From: Runella sp.
Lineage (GTDB): Bacteria; Bacteroidota; Bacteroidia; Cytophagales; Spirosomataceae
Assembly: GCA_027486105.1 (NCBI GenBank)
Contig: JAIXPV010000270.1
Location: 1 to 53,011, forward strand
DNA: 53,011 nt
Reading direction: 5' to 3'
Every line of letters starts with the position of its first letter. The stretch's first letter is position 1. The notes below the pieces were generated by a model. That model saw only the letters and a list, made by a program, of their open reading frames with translations. It did not search any database and was not told the DNA's origin. Shown here in pieces: positions 11,301 through 20,641 of the stretch. The position numbers were made by a program, and so were the translations under genes.

Positions 11301-14300
11301 ATATATATAGTGGGAACTTTATTATTATAGACAATGGCAATATGATTCCAAGTACTGCTTGACAGGGGTGTATCAAATCGCAAAATCTGCGGTAAATAAT
11401 TGGAACCATGCTCTACCAGTCTCACACCATTCGTTCCTACTGCAATTCCCAAACCTACGTCATTGCCTAGGGTGCCATTTCCACCCTGAACAGGGAAAAG
11501 CAGGTAATGATCATCATTGTTATTATTGGTCAAAGCGGCATTAGGCATTACCCAAGCTTCCCATGTAAATGTATTACTGACAGAACCTAAGTTAAAACTG
11601 GGCTCAAATGTGTGATTATTGTCGGTAAAACTTAAGGCTTTACCAGAATTAAACGGCATTCCGTCTACGGCTAATATTATGGCATCCCCCAAAACGACTG
11701 GATTAGGAACAGCTGTAGCTGAAAAACCGCAATCGCATTTAAGAAACAACTCTTTTGAGGCCAATTGACATTCTCCCAGGGGGCTTTCTGGATTATCCAC
11801 TCCCCTTACTGTCAGCCGGTATCGTCCATCCACCAAATTTTGTAAAACGCTTTCATTTGCTGTCCAGTCCGTTGATAATGTAAAAGCACCACTTACCCAT
11901 TTTTCAACTTTGTATTGGACGGTTAAAGCTGCCAAATCTCCTTTCAGTTTGACTTTAATATTAGATTTGAGATCATTGGTACATTCAGTAAGGGGTTCAC
12001 CATCATAGCTGAAAGGACCGATTACTCCGACAGGTTCTGTGTTGGAAATAACACCCCCTGCATCTCCGCTTTTTCGACATGTTGCATAGTAAGCGGTAGT
12101 AGTAGTTGGTGTAACTGTGATGGATGTTCCCTGTCCCCCCGTAGACCAAAGGACTGTTCCCTCACAACAAGAAGCGGTTAATTTTACGCTTTCGCCGCTG
12201 CAAATGGTTCTTTTTGATGCATTGACCACAAAATCATCCAGAGTAACGGTTAGTGTTTGGGAATTTGGACTGATACAGGAGGCTGATCGTTGACAGCGGG
12301 CTACATAATTAGTAGTTACAACGGGTGACACTGTAATTGAATTTCCTGTCCCTGCAGAGTTCCCAGTCGTCGTGTTTGTCCATAGAACCGTTGCGTTGGA
12401 CTCACAACCAGAAGCAACTAGTGTTGTTGATTGGCCGTAGCAAATAATTTTTGGAGTAGCAATTATTTGTGGTGAGTTTGGCGGGGTAAAATTTACAGTC
12501 GTGGATGCTGTATAAGGGCAACCGTTGTATGTAACCGTCAATGTATACGTTCCGGGATAATTTATGCTGGGATTTTGCAGTGGACTGCTGAAATTATTAG
12601 GTCCAGACCAACTGTAAGTTCCTCCATTGGATGAGGTTGCTGACAAGTTAGCGGATGTTCCCCCACAAACTGCATTATTGGATGCCGTGACTTGTGTTTG
12701 ATTTGTCTTGACCTGGACGGTGATTTCTTTTGAGCAAGTAGTAGCACCTATACAGGTAGCAGTATAACTTATGGTAGCCGTTGGATTAACCGTTATGGAG
12801 GAAACAACAGCGCCGTTACTCCATTTAATTTGCCCCGAACAGTTATTCAATGTCAGAACTACATTGTTTCCAGGGCAAACGGGGGTATTAGGCTGTGCGG
12901 TGAGAGTTATATTGAGTGCATCACAATTGACATTTACATTGAGTGTACCAGCGTTTGATGCAGCAGATGTACACCCAGATTTAGAACAGACAGCAGAATA
13001 AGAATATGTTCCAACACTGCTGGGAGTTACAGTCAAAGTAGTCCCTGTTACACCTGTATTCCAGGTTACGGTTCCATCTTCACAGCCAGAAGCTGTAAAT
13101 AAGGCAGATTGGCCTACCTGAATCGTTGTTAGTGAAGGAGTAACGGAGGGTGCATCTGGAAGGCTGTTTACCGTTACAGTCACACTTGTGGAAGAAGTAG
13201 AACCATCACAATTATCTTTTTGACATTTAACGCTGTAAGACGTTGTCGCTGAAGGGTTCACTGAAATGAGCGAACCTGTTGCCCCGTTTGACCAAACATA
13301 TGTCTGCTCGGCAGAACAACCCGAGGCGGTCAGTCCAGTACTACCTCCACGGCATATTGTTGCAGTTCCTGAAGGGACGGGAGTCTGTGAAGGAGAACAG
13401 CCACACGCTATATCTTCATTACGGGTGGTATTATAAGACGCGGAGCATGGGTCAGTATCAACATAGGTAATTCGCTTTACGGTGCCGATACAGATAGAGC
13501 TTTGTTGGGTCCAGTTAGGGTTGGCATTACAAATATCAATAGTAATATTACCTGCGGATGAAATACATCCTCCTACTGTACAGGTAGCCGAATAAGTAGT
13601 TCTGGAGGTCGGATTAAAAGTCCGGGATGTGTTAGTTTGATTATCACTCCAAGTGACGGTACCGCTGCATCCTGAAACCAGAATTGTAACAGGTTGTCCT
13701 GATCCGACTATATTATTGGTAGCGTTGGAAGTAAGGGTTGGGGATGCGATTGTTGTAACGATAATAGTTGAGGTCACCGCTGTCGGAGCGGTACATCCGG
13801 AGGCTGCTGGACAGGTAACGGAATAAGTTGTGGTACTGCTGGGAGAAACGGTTATATTGCTTCCTATAGCACCAGTTGACCAAATGGCAATATCACCACA
13901 ACCAGAAGAATTCAGTGTAATGGATGCCCCGTTACAAATACCTGTAGAAGCGGTGATTGTTGGAGACGGTATAGGGTCTACATTGATATATATTTCGTTT
14001 GAATTAGCACTTATGCAGCCGGGGCTGGAAGTTGCTTCACACACTGCCGTATAAGTTGTAGCGGATTTTGGATAAACAGTTAAAGAAGTACCCCTGTTGC
14101 CAGTTGACCAAATGACGTTACCAGCGCACCCAGTGGCGGTAAGGGTTACTCCCCTTCCGCAGGTAATATTTATGTCTGAAGATGTAATCGAAGGAGCCGG
14201 GGGGCTGGCCGTAACTGTAACAGTAGTCAAATTGTAAGGACTATAGCAATTCCCTATTTTACGTTGAGCATAGAATGTATAAGTACCTCCCATATTACTA

Positions 14301-15394
14301 AAAGTTGGTGTATAGGAAAGACCACCCATCTGTACTATTGCACCCGATGAGTTATACCAAATCATTTCATTAGCATCAGCTCCAGTGGCCGTCAATGTTA
14401 TACTTCCTCCTCCACAGAGTGATAAAGGGGGATTTAAAAATGGTTCATTAAAGGAAGAGACATTAATAAAACTACAATCATTGGGAAGAATTATTTTTGT
14501 ATTGCCCGATGTACAATTTTCGTATTCAAAAACTATCTTGTACTTTTTGGTATTAGAAACATCGGTAAAAGTGAAACTGCCAGTACTATTTTGTTGCGTT
14601 GAACCCACAAGAGTTAAATAGGGATGTTGGAGAGCGCCTTCTATGTCGTCCCATGTATCATAACATACGTCATCATTTTCCTGAGCTTCATACAACGAAA
14701 CTTTGACATTTACACCTTCAACAGCGCTATCAAAATAAGCAGTAATGGAGCAGTTTTGCACAGAGTAGGAGGTACTTATAGTAGTTCCACATACAGGTGG
14801 TACTATAGTAATATCTGCAAGCCGAGCGTTTTGATTATTGGAAGCAATCGTTTCGGACGAAAGCAAGGGAATGCTAAGTTCGGATTTCTTTTCAAATATA
14901 GAATTGGGGCCAGTATTCTTTGCTCCTCTAAGTAAAGTAAATACTGGGCTGTCTGTCAATTGTGTAAAATACCCCCTTAAGGTGTATTTTACTGTATATT
15001 TTTGGGAAGATAATGTTTCCCCAATATAGTCTGTATAATTTCCTCCTGTTTGAATAAAACCTTCAGGCATAACAACCTTAATGGAGAATTCTTTTTGATG
15101 TTCAAATGTAAAAAATGCCGCTGAAGGTATTTCTGTTAAATGGGCAGTAATGGTCAACTCAATCTCCTCACCTACCTTAACTTCTTTTTTATCTGATTTC
15201 ATCCTAAATAGTACAGGATCAACGGACCTAGGTGTTCGTACATTTGGCATGAATGTACGGTAAGTCTTTAAAGATAATGGTTTTAGAGGTGGAATTGAGT
15301 GATTATTTTCTTTGTTTTTTTTTATATCTGGTTTGGAATAGACTGTGTGAATTAATAAGCTACTTGTTAGCAGCAGATGTAAGAAATGCTTCAT
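5369..15394 (-). CDS. Giant RHS polymorphic toxin/adhesin: Ig-like repeats, 2x LamG, ricin-B lectin, PA14, DUF6443-like region, RHS core, C-terminal NucA/NucB-type nuclease
   Basis: Signal peptide from ATG 15394 (MKHFLHLLL); Cys-rich ICxGxSxTLTASGC repeats; two W.HIA.VY...IDEVRVW domains; QxW repeats; YGARMRGYI.PP.NG.YTF; YLDGLGRPIQ; DFGARMYNAEIGRW...NNPILFNDPLGL; WDEYPYASTFQGG. Confidence 0.92.
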   Translation of the reverse strand: MKHFLHLLLTSSLLIHTVYSKPDIKKNKENNHSIPPLKPLSLKTYRTFMPNVRTPRSVDPVLFRMKSDKKEVKVGEEIELTITAHLTEIPSAAFFTFEHQKEFSIKVVMPEGFIQTGGNYTDYIGETLSSQKYTVKYTLRGYFTQLTDSPVFTLLRGAKNTGPNSIFEKKSELSIPLLSSETIASNNQNARLADITIVPPVCGTTISTSYSVQNCSITAYFDSAVEGVNVKVSLYEAQENDDVCYDTWDDIEGALQHPYLTLVGSTQQNSTGSFTFTDVSNTKKYKIVFEYENCTSGNTKIILPNDCSFINVSSFNEPFLNPPLSLCGGGSITLTATGADANEMIWYNSSGAIVQMGGLSYTPTFSNMGGTYTFYAQRKIGNCYSPYNLTTVTVTASPPAPSITSSDINITCGRGVTLTATGCAGNVIWSTGNRGTSLTVYPKSATTYTAVCEATSSPGCISANSNEIYINVDPIPSPTITASTGICNGASITLNSSGCGDIAIWSTGAIGSNITVSPSSTTTYSVTCPAASGCTAPTAVTSTIIVTTIASPTLTSNATNNIVGSGQPVTILVSGCSGTVTWSDNQTNTSRTFNPTSRTTYSATCTVGGCISSAGNITIDICNANPNWTQQSSICIGTVKRITYVDTDPCSASYNTTRNEDIACGCSPSQTPVPSGTATICRGGSTGLTASGCSAEQTYVWSNGATGSLISVNPSATTSYSVKCQKDNCDGSTSSTSVTVTVNSLPDAPSVTPSLTTIQVGQSALFTASGCEDGTVTWNTGVTGTTLTVTPSSVGTYSYSAVCSKSGCTSAASNAGTLNVNVNCDALNITLTAQPNTPVCPGNNVVLTLNNCSGQIKWSNGAVVSSITVNPTATISYTATCIGATTCSKEITVQVKTNQTQVTASNNAVCGGTSANLSATSSNGGTYSWSGPNNFSSPLQNPSINYPGTYTLTVTYNGCPYTASTTVNFTPPNSPQIIATPKIICYGQSTTLVASGCESNATVLWTNTTTGNSAGTGNSITVSPVVTTNYVARCQRSASCISPNSQTLTVTLDDFVVNASKRTICSGESVKLTASCCEGTVLWSTGGQGTSITVTPTTTTAYYATCRKSGDAGGVISNTEPVGVIGPFSYDGEPLTECTNDLKSNIKVKLKGDLAALTVQYKVEKWVSGAFTLSTDWTANESVLQNLVDGRYRLTVRGVDNPESPLGECQLASKELFLKCDCGFSATAVPNPVVLGDAIILAVDGMPFNSGKALSFTDNNHTFEPSFNLGSVSNTFTWEAWVMPNAALTNNNNDDHYLLFPVQGGNGTLGNDVGLGIAVGTNGVRLVEHGSNYLPQILRFDTPLSSSTWNHIAIVYNNKVPTIYINGIAKASNPSNATTTKNIHPTAHIGGAHWGYDLGRYIGKVDEVRVWSTARTGAQILADFEKILSGQEPNLVAYWRFEEITNNQVKPSPAQGRYANLGGTYQLVDGNNNDPGSLNVTFSWTNPDGFSAAGPVVVAYPDHDITYTVSRSDATCKANIPVKVLPEPCELSISATNTNLLPGESSVLTVGNGSYNGGKGLRFDGGSSTSLNQNFNFGDLHTNFTWEAWVLPEQTVTGNVYSNRYALYPDWGGGSNNAANAGMGIAVGTNGVQLAEHTDNYMPLVLNHSATLSGWTHIAVVYQNNKPALYINGQPSPSNAAAPTSSKLVHPSATLGGDYYGHFAGKIDEVRVWNKARTQAEIETDYRKILTGFEANLRAYFRFETINGNQTSAMIPAGGTANLNGGVSVTDGFTAPKPATPANQYAWSTGDGTALAIGTQITVTPAQNTTYSVVCTNCTGCNTPTKDIQVIGSLNACYTIKPKNSNKPIYADYSTGNVNGVAVKQRTLNGMDAQIWQFTPAATVGYVKIINAEDTRVIESSGGSIRMWVERTAYNQAWKIIRNTDNSYRISPQNDLTVSFDVSGNSQSDGAQIQLSSNHTSDNQKYFIEPTTCPYNPPVDQQCTATGYITYERWNNINGTSVNDLKNSTKFTQVADVNELRSSFEAPQDIADNYGARMRGYICPPANGQYTFYVAADDNTELWLSTDDNPANKVKIAYHNSWSSPRQYQQYSEQKSQLITLKKGTKYYIEALVKDGSGGDNLSVSWQIPGRSWNQLPISGQYLSPFSTCSFNVVQEPDKTEFLSGTVVKLKAVRAGSLATSDIFNWEHKTLKHFVSSLTAVDSTRTRTADSVYVKPLYTGIYTYTVSVQGKPTCFKDIKLTIKDILCGCDDCTTNDRVKNTDNPPVNSSNLGSGNQNYIIENNHLNQTGSSVVQNITYLDGLGRPIQKIAVATGGHDIHAPVSSDIVSYMEYDAFGREIKKYLPYAPPTDMASKGKFLGENLSSFINTFYSSTLQKQGNAYSQIEFEPSPLNRILSQTAPGPDNTPVQITYRTNTSGEVKLLTYNYDDKTVTVSDYASNQLSVVEIKNEKDQITIEYKDKEGRIVCTNVAGRKTYYCYDYFGWLRCVIPPLASQSLTGSILPFNNELLFAYDYDTRGRLIKKKVPSSGAVLMEYNERDLIKKVTDPNGKITQTEYDGLNRVKKTTDGDGNLLTENFYDTYPNGALAFKAAEAFGQSARTSLQGLPTGSRTSVLNPTTDIIKTTLMSNSYYDELGRVIQTAAENHKGGTDYSSSKLDFSGRVLENKLSTQNNLRIETRTAYDVGGRVKSICQRIDESYWEPVSRHSYNAIGELDEKILGCYLQRLSYTYEMRGWLTKINNPDQLWNNFADKDFFGMSLKYDKVGNIIEWNWRTSKRKGTNNDLFDIEVRDPYTQDFRYDELNRLKFAELKKNGASIFKLYGPPGTGDEITYDDNGNITAMNRSFNGSPVDQLVYNYKIVNASNQLVSVTDGGNNGVNSNFFKDGVANYSYDPNGNLITDSGKGIDKVEYNYLNLPEKVTFSGKEVNYTYTGSGQKLLAVFPNGKKNHYIAGLVYDQDGLEFIPTSEGRILPPQRAVNPTDGVKNNFYRFEYQLKDHLGNLRLACRCAEKQGATRPEEAFAPIVVQENHPDAWGLTLPLYPASEKINGSPVDRFTFTDKEKQRETGWFDFGARMYNAEIGRWWAIDPLSGIKTQLSFTPYHYAYNNPILFNDPLGLCPECESLYKNPHSGQVHISSGGEIYLFDGKNWTREGGYLQTVEVKPKAQDSELENNDDKNFRVASGALIGPKTGIKQFNPLWLLVWGIVNTYSDVSPAELNPRRKLPVYFVPADLTPEIYVNTIEGILETGHEILNYGAFTEAEKSQKRREAYGNLGPADPTGQRRYQWDEYPYASTFQGGKKAHIMRVRAIENRIQGILLNKFYRTYNLKKGDAFLVVPIRSIFKK

Positions 15395-15644
15395 AAAGAG
15401 AACCGGATGGAGGAAGGGACAAATGATTTGAGATTCAGAGTGCATATCTTATGCCAGTAATCTCCGTTTGAAAAATAAAATATTTTTTCAAACTAATTTT
15501 AAAGTTTACTTTTCTGAAAAAGAAAGCGTTATAAATTTTACCTCAAACTGACCACAATTAATATTGTGCACAAACGGATACTTATTGGGGGAAGTGGCAT
15601 TATAATTGACAGCTTTAAAAGTAAATCTCTAGAGACAAAACATC

Positions 15645-17603
15645 GTGAAGCTAATGGGTATTGGAAAAATTGTATTGCCCAAAAATCGTCCTATTCTGAC
15701 ACTTATTCTGTTGCTGGCATATGTTGCTGATAATCATTGTTATGCCAGCCATATTTTTGGTGGGTACATTAATATGGTGCAGCTTGATCAGGGATCAGGA
15801 AAATTCCTAATATCAATGAATACCTATCTTGATATGGCTGAATTGAAAAACCAGGATGATATAGACGTTGCTTTTTTCTCTAGTGAAGAAGTTAAAATAT
15901 ACCGAAAAAAAGACAATGTTTTAATGCGAATGTGGGTGTGGCCTAGACCTATAATAGACACACTGATTTATAAAAATCGAGCGTGCGCAGAGCAAAAACG
16001 CTTGAACACCTGGGTTTTTAAATACCAAATGGAAATAACACTTCCACCAAAAGAATTTTCGGACCCAGATGGGTATTATATTGCCCGAGAACGTTGTTGT
16101 AGAAACGCGGCTTTGACAAATATTCAGCGACCCAGTGATACCGGCATGGTTTTTTATTCCGAGTTCCCTTCACTATTTCAAAATGGACAACCAATCCAAT
16201 ATTCATCGCCAGTTTTTGGTCCACTTAACGGAGACTACCTCTGCGCCAATAAAACGTCTAAATATGATTTTTCAGCTACTGACCCAGATGGAGATGAATT
16301 AAGATACACGTTGACAGACCCTGTCAAAGGGAATACTGGACCTTTACAGATCTTTATTACATTTCCAGGCCCCTATTTGCCTGTTGAATGGTTGCCAGGT
16401 TATTCTGCCATGAATGCAATTCCAGGCACAATTCCTTTACGAATTGACAGTAAGTCTGGAATGCTAACAGTAAGGGCAAATCGGATTGGACTATTTGTAT
16501 TCTCTGTACAAGTTGAAAAAATACGTAATGGAAAACGGATAGGGATGATACGTCATGAATTTCAATTGCCTGTGGTGGATTGCTCAGCAAAAACACCGCC
16601 CGTTCCGATTATCACCTATCAGGGAAAACCAGTTACCGAATTAGCGATTTGTCCCAATGAAATTATTACCCTTGAAACCGAATTCAATAATGAATGGGCT
16701 TTTCAATGGCAAAAAAATGGTGATAATTTAGACAATGCTGTTTCAAACAAACTACAGGTGAAAGATGTTGGGGAATATACTATCGTAAAAAGCTTCCTCA
16801 AAACCTGTTCAAATGATACAATAGGGCCTGCTGTAAAGCTAAAGGTAACGGACAAAGTTACTCATGTTAAAATTAATGCTTCAGGTCAGAGTCTTTGCTA
16901 TGGGGATTCGTTATTACTCAAAGCGTTTTCAACGGATAGTGTTACTTTCGAATGGTCAAAGAACGGCACAATGTTACATTTGGGTAATGTATTAAGAATA
17001 AAAGAATCGGGAACTTATCGTTTACAAGCTAGCAAATCCAATTTCTCCTGTTCTGGTGCGGCTGACAGTATTCAAATTCAGGAACTGCCCCCCCTTAAGT
17101 TACCGCTTTCTAAGGATACCACTCTATGTGAAGGTGATACAATTTCCTTACAAACAGCTTTTATAGAAGGATGGCAATATAGTTGGTTTAAAGAACAGAA
17201 ACCTTTAATAGTTAATGCTTCACGCATAATGATTACCCAAATAGGGACATATCAGGTAAACGCTACAGACTTAAGCGGATGCAAAGGGTCTGCGACATAT
17301 CAAATAGCGTATGATCCTGATTGCAAGTTAAAAAAAATGAAAATTTATATTCCAGATGTATTTACACCTAATGGGGATGGTATTAATGATACTTTTGAAA
17401 TAAAAAATATAGAACAATACTCTGATAATGAAGTTACTATATTTAACCGGTGGGGAGAGATTATATTTCATTCAATAAATTATCAAAGACCATGGGATGG
17501 AACTATAAGTGGAGAACGTTTGCCAACTGGTATCTATGTTTACAAAATTACCTTACGAAAAGAGCAATTTAGTTATAGTGGACCTTTAACTATTGCATAT
17601 TAA
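15645..17603 (+). CDS. Secreted Ig-like protein with type B T9SS (gliding-motility-associated) C-terminal domain
   Basis: Signal peptide, ASHIFGG, RCCRN, DPDGDELRY, and C-terminal IPDVFTPNGDGINDTF...IFNRWGE...WDGT...G.YVY. Confidence 0.88.
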   Translation: MKLMGIGKIVLPKNRPILTLILLLAYVADNHCYASHIFGGYINMVQLDQGSGKFLISMNTYLDMAELKNQDDIDVAFFSSEEVKIYRKKDNVLMRMWVWPRPIIDTLIYKNRACAEQKRLNTWVFKYQMEITLPPKEFSDPDGYYIARERCCRNAALTNIQRPSDTGMVFYSEFPSLFQNGQPIQYSSPVFGPLNGDYLCANKTSKYDFSATDPDGDELRYTLTDPVKGNTGPLQIFITFPGPYLPVEWLPGYSAMNAIPGTIPLRIDSKSGMLTVRANRIGLFVFSVQVEKIRNGKRIGMIRHEFQLPVVDCSAKTPPVPIITYQGKPVTELAICPNEIITLETEFNNEWAFQWQKNGDNLDNAVSNKLQVKDVGEYTIVKSFLKTCSNDTIGPAVKLKVTDKVTHVKINASGQSLCYGDSLLLKAFSTDSVTFEWSKNGTMLHLGNVLRIKESGTYRLQASKSNFSCSGAADSIQIQELPPLKLPLSKDTTLCEGDTISLQTAFIEGWQYSWFKEQKPLIVNASRIMITQIGTYQVNATDLSGCKGSATYQIAYDPDCKLKKMKIYIPDVFTPNGDGINDTFEIKNIEQYSDNEVTIFNRWGEIIFHSINYQRPWDGTISGERLPTGIYVYKITLRKEQFSYSGPLTIAY

Positions 17604-17825
17604 ACCATGGAAATCCGTGTCGGATAAGGCTTATTGTTTTAATCAACCTCATAATTTCATCAATTATTTTACCCCTGATACTTTTCAAAAGAGAAATCAG
17701 AGCAAATACTCTAAAATTGGTGTTTCAATAAACAGGTAAGACAGCTCTGTTTTTTGTACGCGTACTTGAATATGACCGTGATGTATCAGATGATTGGGAA
17801 GATTATATACCTATTGAATTTTAAA

Positions 17826-18171
17826 GGAAATTATTGCAAGAAAACCCGCTCATCAAAGCCGTCAGAGAAATTGCTTTAGAATTCAGGCAACTCATGAAGA
17901 CGAAGCAAGGGGATCAACTACAGACCTGGTGTAATAAAGCGCTTGATTCGGGAGTGGAGGCCCTGAAAGGATTTGTCAGAGGAATTAAATAAGCTTTTAA
18001 AGCTATTTTCCAAGCCTTCACCTCCGAATGGAGCAACGGACAGGTCGAAAAACAAGTTAATAGGCTCAAAAATATCAAGCGTCAGATATATGGAAGCGCG
18101 AGTTTTGAGCTGCTCCGCAAAAGAGTCATTCTGATAGGAAACATCAACTTTCACCAAATGTGACGATGAGC
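17826..18171 (+). pseudogene. ISL3-family transposase C-terminal remnant with probable right end
   Basis: My translation gives LKGFVRGIK*AFKAIFQAFTSEWSNGQVEKQVNRLKNIKRQIYGSASFELLRKRV, with an internal stop. Ends ...TTCACCAAATGTGACGATGAGC. Confidence 0.82.
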
Positions 18172-18442
18172 TAGATTGAGATACAAAATTGACCTAACAT
18201 ATAGGTAATATCCTAATTAACAGGCAATTGCGTGCTTTTTTTTAAACTTCACCCGCGCGCCCCCCTTCCCCTGTTCTTAATCAGAACAGGTCCGTACTTT
18301 TCATTACTTTTTTTCAGTACTTTTTTCAGGACTCGCTTTGCGGAAAAGGACAATTTTGCATTTTTTTCCCTAAAAGCCCTTTAAAATGTTCTTAATAATT
18401 TTTAATAAGTACTTAATTAAGAACTTGCGTCCAAAAGTTAGC

Positions 18443-19195
18443 TCATTCTCGCCTAAAAAAGTCTCCAAATGAAGATTGAAGAATTTCGCCCAAGGTCGAT
18501 GGGGGCGCCATACGCTTTTCGGCCTCCATTTTCTGGCGCTCTGCTGCTAATTGCATTTGATGAAACGCTTTTTTTACTTTTTGTTTGGCCTCCTGTTGGC
18601 GTCTAGGCTGCTCTTCTGCCGAAAGGATCCCCATTCTTATAGCTTCATTGTGTCGTTCATCGTCAAATTGAATCACCGTAGGGTCAATCTCCAACACAGT
18701 ACAGGCCGTGTTTTGATTCGCAAGGCCCAGCCAGCCCCGGGTTTTAAGGCGGAAAAAGCTTTTATAAGCTTTCAATAGCTTGTTGATATGATTTTTAAGG
18801 GTGGCAATGCAGCAACTGTCATTGAGGGCCCTGCGCAGGTAACTGTACGTAATACGAATCTGATAGTTTTGTGCCGTGGACTTACCCCAATTTTTCACGT
18901 AGTACATGATGAGCTCAATGGCCGTATTTTGGACCGACTGGTGCATTCAGGGATAAATCTGTTTATTTTCGTCACATAATTGCCTAATGGCGGCATTTCG
19001 GTCGAAGAACTCCCTGATCTTGGCTTTGGTTTTGCCCATGGAAATACGGGGCTTAGTGGGTACCACGGGTTGATGCTGAAACATGGACGATGCCCAGGCA
19101 TCAGCGGAAACGGCAGGTCTAAACATAGGCAACAAAAATGAAGGAAGACGAAGTAATTTTTGGACGGCTGTCTTTTTGTTTGACTGTGTAGACAA
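18443..19195 (-). pseudogene. Hypothetical DNA-binding/replication-associated gene split by an in-frame TGA
   Basis: ORFs 18947-19195 and 18443-18946 share a frame and abut exactly (CCC TGA ATG). Located next to the primase and rep genes. Confidence 0.55.
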
Positions 19196-19302
19196 ATTAC
19201 GCGCTATTAAATGACATAATCAATGTACTATTGATAAAAAAATCAAATCGGGGTTAACGGCAAAACAGGTCACGGCCAAAGTATCCGCTCCTCCGGCACT
19301 GC

Positions 19303-20283
19303 TTAGCGCTGCGATAGATTCTGGTTGACCCACCAAGCGTTAAGGTCCCATTTTTTGAGGATGTCAGGCGAACAGTTCGGTGGCGGCGGGTACAATTCTA
19401 TGGTGGATCCCGCGGGTCGGTTACGTTGCCGTAAAAATTGCAGGATTTGCTCCTCCATCAGCTGTCCACCCTGTCCGTATTGGGCCCAAACGGCCACGAA
19501 GCGGAACGAATGCTGATCTAGATAGTCGAGGGCCTGCCCGATCATTCCGGTACCGTTGAGGACCATAAAATTCTCCGTTTCGGTCGGGATCGGATTATCT
19601 TTTCGACGGTTTCGGGTAAGATAGGATCCAAAGTCAGGTAATCCCTCAAAGATGTGGAGCGTATTGTCTCTGTCCGCAGTTCGTTGCGCCCTAAAAACCG
19701 AAATGGCCTTGGCTCTAATAGAGAGCTTCCTAAAGTCTGCCGCAACCTCTCTGGCCTCATATCCACCCGCAAGATTGGCGATTCCAATGGCGGCATGAAC
19801 GAATTGTGGCTTATTGAACCGCGCAAACCTAATCTGTTGGAGAAAGGGTGCCATGGCTGCCGGGTCAATGGCGCGTTGAAGCAGCCATTGGGCGCTCGAA
19901 GCCCATGGTGCCGTTACGGGGAATTGAAACGGCTGGGCGGAAATGATTTGGAAAGACGGCGGGGCCGTTTGGAGTTGCTGGGGTTGCCCCGCTGTAGTAT
20001 CCAAAATATGCATGTCGCCGACGGTATTTTCAATAAAAGCCAAAGCTTCCGAAACGGTATTGAGCTGCCCCATCCTTTGTGCCAGCTCAATGATGTTTCC
20101 CCCTTTACCTTCGGCATGGTCATAATAGGCCCTGGCATCGCGTGAGAGCTTGAAGCTGGCGGAGTTTTCCTGCCTGAATGGTGATTTATACCATTTGCAA
20201 CCGGATTGCACCCTAACAGGCAAGTGGCCGAGGTTTTGCAGAAAAACATCTAGTCGAATGGATTTTGCCTGATCAACGCGCAT
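19303..20283 (-). CDS. DNA primase-like protein (CHC2 zinc-finger-like plus Toprim-like domains)
   Basis: Motifs WYKSPFRQENSASFK, YYDHAEGKGGNIIEL, IFEGLPDFGSYL, typical of primases on Bacteroidetes mobile elements. Confidence 0.82.
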   Translation of the reverse strand: MRVDQAKSIRLDVFLQNLGHLPVRVQSGCKWYKSPFRQENSASFKLSRDARAYYDHAEGKGGNIIELAQRMGQLNTVSEALAFIENTVGDMHILDTTAGQPQQLQTAPPSFQIISAQPFQFPVTAPWASSAQWLLQRAIDPAAMAPFLQQIRFARFNKPQFVHAAIGIANLAGGYEAREVAADFRKLSIRAKAISVFRAQRTADRDNTLHIFEGLPDFGSYLTRNRRKDNPIPTETENFMVLNGTGMIGQALDYLDQHSFRFVAVWAQYGQGGQLMEEQILQFLRQRNRPAGSTIELYPPPPNCSPDILKKWDLNAWWVNQNLSQR

Positions 20284-20340
20284 GTGACATTTTGTCAGTT
20301 AAAAGTCTGATTATCAGATACTAATAGGTTTAGCAGGGCG

Positions 20341-20348
20341 CAAAAATA
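20341..20348 (-). promoter_or_regulatory. Bacteroidetes -7 promoter box (TAnnTTTG) for the primase gene
   Basis: TATTTTTG on the minus strand, about 58 nt upstream of the ATG. Confidence 0.45.
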
Positions 20349-20492
20349 CAAATAAAATACTATAAATTATAGTAAAAGTACAATTTCCGCGCAAAACCCT
20401 TCTTTCTTCATTAGCAAAATCATTTTTCAACAACTAACCGATTTAGTAAAGGATTTTTTTGAAATAAAGGTGTATTAAAATATAAAGGTTTG

Positions 20493-20628
20493 TGGGACAA
20501 AATCGCAGTACCAAAAACGACAAAATCGCTGTTGATAATGGTGACAAAATCGCTGTTGATAACTTTGGAAAACATTGAAAATCAGTCAGTTATTAACAAT
20601 TGTGTTTTATTACTGCGATTTTGTCCCA
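20493..20628. repeat. Iteron cluster, putative oriV
   Basis: GACAAAATCGC at 20496, 20519 and 20543 (the last two share 20 identical bp). An inverted copy at 20611-20628 is the exact reverse complement of 20493-20510. Immediately downstream of repA, next to an AT-rich tract. Confidence 0.8.
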
Positions 20629-20641
20629 TATTTCTATTTAA

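Noticed and set aside
5784-15029. Many short ORFs antisense to or nested in the giant RHS gene (likewise within the R-M, helicase and lipase genes)
   Set aside because: They are shadow ORFs of long coding regions with no recognisable motifs.
18947-18949. Selenocysteine or programmed readthrough at the TGA
   Set aside because: No redox motif context or evident SECIS-like hairpin; a nonsense mutation is simpler.
20493-20628. Short direct repeats as a CRISPR array
   Set aside because: The period is only 23-24 bp with no unique spacers and no cas genes; the position next to repA fits iterons.
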